From: Podarcis pityusensis
Lineage: Eukaryota
Direction: 5' to 3' (one strand)
Length of the DNA stretch: 64,000 nt
Assembly (NCBI GenBank): GCA_964106645.2
Contig: OZ067043.1
The notes under the pieces are model-generated. The model was not told where the DNA came from. It saw only the letters and a list, made by a program, of their open reading frames with translations, and ran no database searches. Of the stretch, positions 12,207-22,567 are shown piece after piece. The translations under genes and the position numbers were made by a program. Within the stretch, counting starts at the first letter, position 1; each line of letters begins with the position of its first letter.

Positions 12207-12961
12207 TGAGTGGCGAGTTCCCGCCCCCCACCAAGGACACCAGACACCAGAATTTAAGGCTAAATGGGTGAATTAGGCCACAACTTTATTGAATTCAGGA
12301 ATGAGAGGCATTGGCTTAGGCATTGGTCCTATTGACTATCCGGCTCCAGCCAATTTGCTGGAGACACGGGAAGGGTTAACACCAAAGAGGGGGAGTCTCC
12401 TGCTGAGGCACGTCAACTAGGAGCTCCCCCGGATCACCGCGGGGGTGTGCCTTAGGCCCACACCTCCATAGGCTTCGGACAGGGCCATGCCCCCGGAGTC
12501 CTTTATCGGACTACCCTTCGTTCTCTGGGGGGAGGTGATGGCGTTCCTCCCCACACACACATCCTCTTAACCCCTTCTTACCAATGCCTAACCGCCAATG
12601 CCGAGGAGTTGTGACGAGTTGCTACGAGGTAGGCGAAAAACCAAATGGCTGTAAATTGCCAATTGGGAAAAATTCCTACCATGCCCCTTGCGGCGACAGA
12701 CCAAAGTCCATAGCAAAATCAGATACCTACCTAAAGGGAGGGAGGGTGGGAAAACGTGGGGGCTAGCCGGCAAAAGAGGGCGAGCCCCGGCGCGCCGGCC
12801 CTAAATAGGGCAGGCCACGCCCCCCCAGCCACCCAATTGGCTGGCTGGGTGGACGACGCGGCCGGGATTCCCCTACTCTCGCGGGGGCTGAAACCAGCCC
12901 CCGCTCACGTGGGGTGGGCGTGAAGCCCGCAACCCCACCTCCTGGGCAGGCCGGAAGTGGC
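12207..12961 (-). mobile_element. CpG-rich solo LTR-like repeat (possibly DIRS/Ngaro-type or ERV/Gypsy)
   Basis: Abrupt GC/CpG island in an AT-rich intron. On the - strand in order: ETS, E-box, kB, CCAAT, GC boxes, TATTTA (12802-12807), AATAAA (12285-12290), GU-rich tract. No convincing TG..CA plus TSD; AGTGGC occurs at both ends. Confidence 0.6.
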
Positions 12962-13614
12962 TCTGTGCCAGCAGCCTGCAGAGGGTGTAGCTGCGCTAGA
13001 ATTGGGAGCAGAAAAGGGATTTGCCCAGCAAAACAGCTGCCTGGTGCTGCCAGTGCTGGTTATGAGCCCTTGTGGATCTCAAGTCAGTGTGTCATGACTT
13101 GCACATGGAGTGGAAGTGGCTAGCTCATTGTTGCTCTTGATAGGTCTGGATGTCAAACCACAGAGAGAGCATCTTTAGCTCCTACAGCACACTGAACCTT
13201 GGAGAGAATTTACAGCCAGGGATTAATAGAATTAAATAAGCACAATCACGCCAGCATGTTAATTATTTATCTACACTCTTGCTGTGCTAGAGCAATGCTT
13301 GTATTTGAGCTCCTCCTGTTGGACTGTTGCCTGTACTGCAGACAGGCTGTGCCCACAAGATACTCAAAGCAGGTGGTCTGCCAGACTGTGGATAAATATT
13401 AGGCAACTTTGAGGTGGGGCCAGTCTTCCTCCTCGGCTCAGTGAGTGAGCAAGTGAGATTCCTTCTGTCACCGACTAGCAAGCTGGAGTGCTTCCTCCTC
13501 CCCCCCCCCCCCGCACGGTCGCATGCAAATAGGAAGCAGATGCTGTGTGTTGTGCAGTAAGTGAATTAGCTAGAGCTCTTTTCCTTGTATCTGTCAATGA
13601 GGTGAGAAGTCTAG

Positions 13615-13650
<36 letters not shown>
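13615..13650. repeat. (TGC)12 trinucleotide microsatellite
   Basis: Perfect repeat read directly. Confidence 0.95.
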
Positions 13651-13652
<2 letters not shown>

Positions 13653-13812
13653 ATGATCCTTTCTAGGCTTCCACGTTGCCCCTTCTCTTGGGTTCAAAAT
13701 ATATTCAGGTCTTTGAAACAATTGCAGCATCATGCTCTGACAGATACATTTACTGGAATGTTATACGGTGGTGAGGAACAAGTTTTAGCTTTACTGACCA
13801 GCCATGTAACGT

Positions 13813-15075
13813 GTTGGCATGCATCTGTCTTGGGAGACAATGGAGGAGTGCATTTTTGAGAGTGTAGTCAAACCATAGGACAGTTATAGCACCTGCTGTG
13901 GCTGTAGAGACCGATACGGGAGAGAGATGTTGCAGCTGGGGCAGATGAAGAAGTCCAGCAGTCATTCCTCCCTGCTCACTGCTGACAACCTGACTGCCTC
14001 CAAGCACTGCGGTCATCTGCAAGGGATTCCCACACGGTGGGGTTTATGTTGTCAGCCTCCATGTCTTGTTTGCAGACATCTTGGTCTCCTAACAGGCCTG
14101 GTGACTGAAGCCAGCTCCCCGTAGAGGATGTCCTTGGGGACCCTGCTGTCTTCCATTCTGTGGACACGACCTAGCCAGTGCAGACGTGTCTGAGACAGGA
14201 GTCTAGTTCCTCGTAGAACTGGTCCCTGATCTGTATGTCAGGGCACATAGTGGGAGTGTAGATGCTCAAGACATTAACCAGACAGGAAGTGGTTGAAAAG
14301 CAGAGGGAAAGCAAGCATTCTGAGCCCTCTTTCAGCTGTTCTATTGCAGGCAGATGGGAGTTCCTCATTGCAAAGCCTGTGCCACAAATACGTGGATCTT
14401 CTGGGTTCCCTCATTGCCAGAAGAAGGTGTAAGTTCTTCTCTCTGAGGCAGCCATTTGAAGCGAGTCTGGTCTCCTGTAGATTGGCAACGGCAATGTTGA
14501 GCATTTTCAGCTCACAGTCAATGTTGGCTGTCTTTTGGGAGTTATTGACCTGCAGCAGGTCGGTGGACAAGCCAGGACGCATAGTCCTGAAGTTCCAGCT
14601 TGCTAGGTGAAAGAGAGCTTATTTCTTTTTTGCCTGGTGCAGTTGTTTGGTCTGCTTGTTGAGTGACACCCAGTGAGATACAGTGATCTCTCCCACCAAC
14701 CAAGACAACTCATAGAGCTCATAACTTACACTTGTGCCAATCAGGTTGAGCTTACAACTCGTGTAACTGCTGTCTCCATGTTGTTTTTGCTGCATTTGCA
14801 GCATAAAAGTGATTTCACTGAAGTGCAAGCCTGGGCAATGTTTATGGGGGTCCTGGGCTGCCCAGATGCCAAGACCTCCCTCTTGGCCTCACTGTTGTGG
14901 TCCGAAGGAAAACAGAGCAATACATTTGGCACCAGCTTGGCTGTGGGAGTTGTCGAAAAGAGGCCATTCAACTGGAAAGATGCCATCCACTCCAAAGTTG
15001 TGTAGGTTCAGGTGAGCTGAAAATGCTCAACAAAGGGCTCCACTCCAAAGTTGTGTAGGTTTTACTACCTAGGCA
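13813..15075 (-). mobile_element. RTE-clade LINE, internally deleted (5' UTR + endonuclease N-terminus fused to C-terminus/3' UTR)
   Basis: Degenerate APE peptides (LASWNFRTMRPG...LQETRL, LSIYTPT...DQFYEELDS) are joined near 14200 to LSQTRLHWLGRVHRMEDSRVPKDILYGEL...WESLADDRSAWRQ. 3' end CCATTGTCTCCCAAGACAGATGCATGCCAAC. The 5' boundary is approximate. Confidence 0.8.
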
Positions 15076-17419
15076 TTTTTGGGACTCAGCATTTCCTTCC
15101 CCTAATTCTATCCTGCTGGATAGAATTACAACTCACAGACTGCCATGCACCCTTCCTTATTTGGGAAGCCACAAAGAAGTCAGTTACTGAAGAAGCCCTG
15201 CAGATTCTGCTTAGCTACCACCTGCTAAGGCAATATGTTCATTGTTGCCCCTTGAAATGATAATGAAAGACTAGCAAATGCTTCCAAGCATCTGAGCTGC
15301 ATCTTTTCCAACTCTTCCTTTCCAACCATCTGCCATAGCATTAGAACCTATCAGACACTCTAGCAAGGTGCAGATATTTAGTTGCATGATGATGGTTACA
15401 GCTAGAAAAGAGCAGCATGGCTTGTCCCTCACTATATCTCCTTTCCCCTCTCCAAGTATCCTGCCATGCCTCCCACTTCCAAAATCCTCCTTGGCCATCT
15501 GACCACAGAACAAAGATCCCACTGGGGTTTGCTAAGAGACTGCCTGTCACTTTAAGAGCTCAAAGCAAGTATGACAGCAAGTGTGCAGTAGCAACACCTC
15601 CTGCCCTGCTAATTAATTTGCTCACCCTTCTCTCTTGTCTCCTGTAGCAAGCAGGGTGCAAGTAAGGGAAGAGATCATTGGAGCAGGAGGTACACAACTG
15701 CATACTCAGTCACTGCCATCAAGCTCCTGTGGCAGCGAGGGATTTCTGGAGGGTGAGCTCCTCAGTTTCCCCCAGTTGCTTTCCTTCCAGGCATTCATTG
15801 GGCCCATCAAAACTACATGCAAGTTCCCACAGCCATATCTGCTTACTGTGCTGCAATATGTCTTAGAAGTTGGAAGTTTTCTTTTCAGTGACAGACGTGA
15901 CTCTGCAATTTGACACATTGCCAGTGATTGATTCAGAAGCCATTCTTTCCCCATTTAAGAAGTTTTTTTGACTTTGTATTGGTCAATGGCTGTGTTAACA
16001 TGGGTGCTGCCATCATTAATACACTGGTAGTACACTAATGCACTAGCTTGCTATGGTTATGCTAGAGCACTGCCTGGAGTTCAGGGTTTAGGAATCATAA
16101 CCTCTTGATGGGCACAGCAAACATGCTGGAACCAAACCTTGTAGCTAGCAAGGTTTGCATCATCCCAGCCTGCTAAAAAAGTAGAGACATTGCCAACTTC
16201 TTCTCTAGCTGTGCTCCTGCACCTTTAACAAAAGGAATATTATTAGTCGTTGGACCTGCCAAGAAAAGCTTCACCTGCTGAATTTCTGCTGGCCATACAG
16301 AAAATCTTCCAGGAAAAATGTTGACAACTCTTTATTCAAATTGGTGTCTGTCCCTCCCTTCCTGAAAAATCCCACCCCATACATACATGCTGCTGTTGCT
16401 GTCTTAGACTGGGTAATGTGAGGTTCTTGTTGGGCCCAAATTGCAAGAGTGAATGTGCACATCCCAGTACAGCAAAGCTGTTTTGCCCGTGGACAGAGGA
16501 GAGGAGTTAGGTAACAGTGGGATGAGCCCTTTACTTGGTGTGGCCCATCTGAAAAAAACTGCTTGATGGGTTTCAGCTGCATTTGGGGCACCTCTCTTTC
16601 CCTGCCTTATTTACTCATTTGCCCGCCATTAAGGGGGAAACAGGTGCACATTAATTCATCAGCAGAGTTTAAATTAAATCATTTCACTTCTAAACAAGTC
16701 ACTCATTTGCAGGCGTATTTAATTAGCACTTCTTCACTGCCAGGTGGATGCTGCTTTTCTCACCTGTTTGCCCTCTTATGGGGTCGTTGGTGATAGAACA
16801 TGGGAGATTTTTCACCTCCGCATTGCAGAGCAAGACAATTGCTGTAGTGGTACTGCTGATGCTACACTCTGGGGGATTGGGTGAAGCTATGCCATCCTCG
16901 CCTTTATCTTCCATGTCATTGCAGCCGTCTCAGTGTGACTCTGACTGAGCAGAGGTGTGTTTTGTGCTTCAGACTCTACCCTTAGGGCAAGGCCTCCGGG
17001 AGGGTTCTGAATGAGGCTTTTCTGCACAGAGGTTCTAATCAGTCTAAAGTGATGTGGCCCACTTTATATCCCAGTATAGGACCACATATGGCTCACAGAA
17101 TGAATTAAAACAAATGTGGCTTAAAGGCACACAAGCAATATAAGATTTTTTAAAAAAATAAGTATATTAAAAAGAGCACCAAAAACACTCAGAATACACT
17201 GCCACAGCAGCCAGTAAATGACCAAAGGCCTGTCTAGACAAAAAAGTATTTGCCTGCCAGCTAAAGGAAAGCTGGGTGGGGGGCAGCCTAACCTACTGTG
17301 GAAGAGATTTCCACAATCTTGGAACAACCACCGAGAAGGCCCTCTCTTGTGTCCTCACCAAATGCACCTGTGAAAGTGCACTGTTGCCCATTCATCACTT
17401 TGTATCTTACCAGTGCAAT

Positions 17420-17420
<1 letters not shown>

Positions 17421-17481
<61 letters not shown>
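17421..17481. repeat. Compound (GT)n(GA)n microsatellite
   Basis: Read directly. Confidence 0.95.
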
Positions 17482-17488
<7 letters not shown>

Positions 17489-19362
17489 GAGACATCTTCC
17501 TACTTGTTTGCTGAGGATATTACCATATTTATTGAAATGTGGCCTGAAATATAATATTAGGCTTGGGATGGGCTATATTTGCTATGCCTGTCTTGAGCTG
17601 TAAAAAAATCCTGCCAAGACACAAAATGCTTCCCTACCATTGATTTATTGCAGAGAGAGGATAGTTTACAAAAAACACAAATGGAATTCCTCTCTGCTAG
17701 GGGAAAACAAAAGACATCTGGGTGCCAAATGGACAGGTCCAGGTAGCTATGGACCAGAAACCTGGCTTGTTTCTGTTATGTGTGACATGTGCTTAGTGTG
17801 ACTTGAGCCCTAGCCTTGAGCTGCAGAGAGCTGGGCTGTGTCTACTCCTGCCACTTTGCACTGCACTGCCTGCTTATTACTCTGATAATAGAAGATTATA
17901 GGGTTCCTGTTGGAAACGTCTATTTACATCCTGCATTTCCCAAACCACCTATTAGCAGTGCTGTGATGTCATATCCTCCCTGCTGAGACAGTGGAAATCT
18001 CTTTTATGTGCTGCATTGCTCTTCTTTGAAAGGAATACCCATTGCCACTGAACCTAACATGGGATGCTGTTTTCCTGAAAGGCCTGTGCAATTTCTTGGA
18101 CTTAAACCTGTCATTCCTCCAAGTGAACCAGCCCATGTGCATTTTTGTTTATGACTGCCTCAGCCTGTTGCTCCTGTAATGCAGTGGGAGAAAAGCCCTT
18201 AGACAAGGAAACTTCCCAGCAATGGTTGGGAGGAGTCAGACTAGGAGAAGTGCCAACACTACCTATACTGAGCTGCTTTGACTTTGTTGCTCGTGTGCAT
18301 TCTACTATTCTATAAAGTGCTTGCTCTGGTTTTGCTCAGACAGTTTTGTCTGCCATGCTGTGCCTGTGGGAAACTGAAAAAGCAGCTCTCTGTCCATTGC
18401 AGTCTGTATCATGTAGGACTCTTACCTAAATTGCCATGTCGGGCATGAAACAGATCGCATGCCAAGTGTTAACTGGATATCACAATCAGGTGTTTTAAGT
18501 TTTGCAGGAAAGCAGGCAGTAGTTGCCGACCTAGTCCTGCCAACTACACTGAGAATTGTGGCAAAAACATTGATCAAAGCAGACCAGTGCATTGGATACA
18601 TATGCTTGGATGGGCACAGCTTCTCCAGCATTTGCTCCATGAACCCATGTTGAAGATGCAGGTGTGAGTTCTCAGCCACTCAAAAATGAAGGAACTTGTA
18701 CATAGAATTATAGAGTATGATCCAGCTGAGAGATTTCTCTGGCTGAGCCCACGTAAGAGGAACCAACTGCTAAAGTTCCTATTTAAATTCCACGTGAGTG
18801 CTTCTCCGCAACCTGTTTCCCATAGAAGGCAGGAAGGGAACATTTACTCTGCAGTCCTGTACTTCTGTAGGACGATGTAGGGTTGGATTGTGTTTTTCCT
18901 TCCTTTCATTGCTCTTTAGTTTTCTGGCGGTTGCACATTTGACTTACTGTAAAAAAAACACCTCCCTTTTTACTAGTAGCTCTGGTTAGCCTGACACAGT
19001 AGATATCACTGTGGCAGAAGGGGAGAGAGGACTTAAGCGTTCAGGGATTTGGGTCTGGTTTAAAGGCCAAATTTATATGGTGATCTGCAAAAGGGTCTAG
19101 GTACCAGGGTGGTTGTATCTTTGCTGCAGAGTACTGTTGGAAGGAATTTGCAGGTTTGAAACAACAACTGGAATAAATTATTAACTCTTAATTCACCCAC
19201 AGAGCACGTTCCAAGATGCTTTATTCCCAGATGATTATTTGCCACATCAAGTGGTGGGAAAGCAGCTGGAGAGGTTGCAAGGAAAAGGTTGATTATATAC
19301 ACACCATTTCCTCCCTACATATCATGCCTCACTGGTGTGCAGAGGAGAAAGAGAGACTTGCA

Positions 19363-20008
19363 TTAGAATCATAGAGTTGGAAGAGATCTTTGAGATCATC
19401 TCATCTAGCCTGCTGAATGCACAATTTATAATGCATGATTAAACTACAGCACTTCTGACAGACCTACTGAAATACCTCCAGCAAAGGAGAGCCCATCACC
19501 TTCCAAGGCTCTCTGTTCACTGTCAAAACAGTTCTTACCATTAGCAAGTTTCTCCTAATATTTGGTCAAAAAATGCTCCCTTGCAATTTTCATAAAGGTA
19601 AAGGTACCCCTGCCCGTACAGGCCAGTCGTGTCCGACTCTAGGGTTGTGCGCCCATCTCACTTAAGAGGCCGGGGGCCAGCGCTGTCTGGAGACACTTCC
19701 GGGTCATGTGGCCAGCGTGACGAAGCTGCTCTGGTGAGCGGGCACCAGCACAGCACACGGAAACGCCGTTTACCTTCCCGCTATAAAGCGGTACCTATTT
19801 ATCTACTTGCACTTAGGGGTGCTTTCGAACTGCTAGGTGGGCAGGAGCTGGGACTGAAAGACGGGAGCTCACCCCACCGCGGGGATTCGAACCGCCGACC
19901 ATGCGATCGGCAAGCCCTAGGCACTGAGGTTTTACCCACAGCGCCACCCGCGTCCCATGCAATTTTCATACAATGGTTCTAATCCTGCCATCTGGAGCAA
20001 CACAGACT
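19363..20008 (-). mobile_element. Old CR1 LINE 3' fragment interrupted by a Sauria SINE
   Basis: TAGAATCATAGAGTTGGAAGAG terminus and downstream similarity to the CR1 at 53644; the sequence resumes after the SINE. Confidence 0.7.
19595..19957 (-). mobile_element. Sauria SINE, full length
   Basis: - strand begins GGGACGCGGGTGGCGCTGTGGG, has B-box GGTTCGAATCCC and an (ACCTTT)n tail; 13-bp TSD TGCAATTTTCATA at 19582-19594 and 19958-19970. Confidence 0.92.
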
Positions 20009-20599
20009 CATCCTAGATGCAAACAACACTGTTCATGCCTAAGAGAGAATATATCTACTATACATGTTTGCTTCTGTCCTCAAGCTTATTTTTAAAGATG
20101 TTACAGTATTTTGCCCAATAATGCCTCTAAGACAGTTGGGAGTTGTATTTTTTCACTGGGCCCAGATTTGCAGAGATGCTGCACATCAGAGGATTTACTC
20201 ATGAGACAACTTTCACCAACTCAAGATGAATCACTGCTTTTGACTTTTAGAGAATTCACACAGTGCAAAAAGTATTTAATTGCTGCATTGATTGTAAAGG
20301 GCCAATTCAGTTTTGGGGGTTGACTTTCAAGATAGGCAAGGCTTCCCCCCCCCCCTTTTTTTTTGTCTGCCCAGACTGAATGTGCCGATGGCAAATCAAT
20401 CTGAAAGCTGATTCACAAGATCTCGCATGTGAAACTTTCTTTCCATACTGTTTCACATTCTAGGGTGGCTGGTGTTTATTTCAGAGTTGAAAGGTATACA
20501 TGCACACAGAAGTGTGAAAGCTTGTAATAGTGCCATGAATTGAGAGAGACAGAAAGAACTTGTGTTTTAGCACTCCTTTTCTCCTCTTCTTTGTTGCAG

Positions 20600-20723
20600 T
20601 CGATTGATCCCGGGCAGCAGTTCACCTGGGAGAACTCCAACCTGGAAGTGAACAAACCAAAGAACCGCTATGCAAACGTGATTGCCTATGACCATTCACG
20701 TGTCATTCTGACCTCCATTGATG
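20600..20723 (+). CDS. PTPRF: PTPRF D1 exon ([41 protein letters not shown])
   Basis: CAG/GTAAGT; 124 nt, phase 0/1; KNRY motif. Confidence 0.97.
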
Positions 20724-21150
20724 GTAAGTGTTGTTAGCAGCACCTCATGCTAACAAAATTCTCAGTGCATCAGACCTGAGGTTCAAATCCCCAATTCATG
20801 TGATGTCAAGTAACTGTACCATGTTCCAGCTGGCAGAATAACTTAGAGGGTATCATTCTAGTGGACTCAGTGACCCAAAGAGTTCATGGTTTCCTTACTG
20901 GTTTTTTTCACTGAATCACTTGAGCACATTCTGAGAACCCATGCAAATCAGCCTTTAAACACATTACCATTCTAAAAACTTTTAAGGAAACAGAACTCAA
21001 GCAGCCCGTCTCTGTCAGCAGTCATAATCTAGAGTCACATCTGGGCAGCTTTTGTAGGCACTGATGGTTGGAAGGAGGTACACTTGGGTCTTGGTACTCC
21101 TCCAAATCTGCTACTTAATAAAGGTTGAAGACAGACAATAGCTTCTTCAG

Positions 21151-21690
21151 AGAACATAAGAAAAGCCTGCTGGATCCAGCCAATGGCCCATCTAGTTCAG
21201 CATCCTGTTTCACAGTGACCAACCAGATGCCTACGGGAAGTCCACAGGCAGGATTCAAGCACAAGAGAGCTTTCCCTTCCTGTGGTTTCCAGCAACTGGT
21301 ATTCAGAAGCATTACTGCTTCCAACTGTGGAGACAGAGCATAGCCATTGTGTCTAGTAGCCATTGATAGCCCTCTCCTCCATGAATTTGTCTAATCGTTT
21401 AAAAACAATCAGGCTGGTGGCCATCACTACCTCCTAGGGGAGAGATTTCCATAGTTTAACTATGTGCTTTGTGAACAAGTTCTTTCTTTCTTTCATCTGT
21501 CCTGAATCTTCCAACATTCAGCTTCATTGGATGTCTGCAGCTTCTGGTGTTATGAGACAAGAAGAAAACCTTCTCTATCCCCTTTCTCCATACCATGCAT
21601 ACTTTTGTAAACTTCTATCATGTCACCTCTTACTCTCCTTTTCTCTAAACTAAAAAATGTAAAATGCTGCAAGCTTTCTTGAAAGGTTGA
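21151..21690 (-). mobile_element. CR1-like LINE 3' fragment
   Basis: ORF2 C-terminal peptide FFSLEKRRVRGDMIEVYKSMHGMEK on the - strand; AGAACATAAGAA-type tail. Confidence 0.8.
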
Positions 21691-21844
21691 ATGATCTTTG
21701 CTCCTCCCCGCCCCCCCCCCCGCCTCTTGCATGGTTTACTCCTTCCTTTTCACCTCTGGTAAACAGGTTTGCAGGGTTTTGTCCAGTTTCAGAACTGGAA
21801 AACCCATTTTATCAGTGAAAATTGGGCAGAAGTAAAGTGTGCTC

Positions 21845-22196
21845 CAGGGGTGGAGAGCATTTCCAGACTACAGGCTGTATTCTCCCCTGGACAACCTTTC
21901 AGGGAACACATGCCAATACTGGGTGGCAGCTGAAGCAAAAATGGCAGAGCAGCAAATGTTAATGTTTTACCTTTTGTGCAGCTGACTAGTTACACACACC
22001 CCTTTGTATCCACCACCCAGGCATGTGTAAGGCGTTATCAGAGTTCAATGACACATTCCAGCCAGGCAAAAACACTCAAAGAGAGTGTGGCGCAGGGTCA
22101 GTGAGGGGCATGCCTGGGGAGGGTGTATGGCAAGGACCAGATGGAGAGGTTTGGAGGGCTGTGTTTGGCCCCCAGTCCAGAGGTCCCCCACCCCCA
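21845..22196. mobile_element. Degenerate hAT-like non-autonomous DNA transposon
   Basis: CAGGGGTGG...CCCACCCC-type termini; a related fragment lies near 30090-30183. Confidence 0.45.
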
Positions 22197-22327
22197 GAGT
22201 ACATCAGAGGAAGCCTCTCCCCAACCACTTTCACATCTCTTAACAACTATTCCCTGTAGTACAGTCTGTTTCCACTACCAGCATGGTCCAGGATTCTGGC
22301 TACCCCCTTGTCTTCTCAACCCCCTGA

Positions 22328-22567
<240 letters not shown>

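Noticed and set aside
12609-12640. Hammerhead-like GTGACGAG...CGAAA on the + strand
   Set aside because: C3 of CUGANGA is missing and stems I and III cannot be formed; the - strand ENE-like fold explains the sequence better.
13545-13859. ORF with poly-Leu as a membrane protein
   Set aside because: The poly-Leu is simply the translated (CTG)n microsatellite.
19860-19957. tRNA gene
   Set aside because: The A/B boxes belong to the tRNA-derived head of the Sauria SINE (same at 61840-61930).
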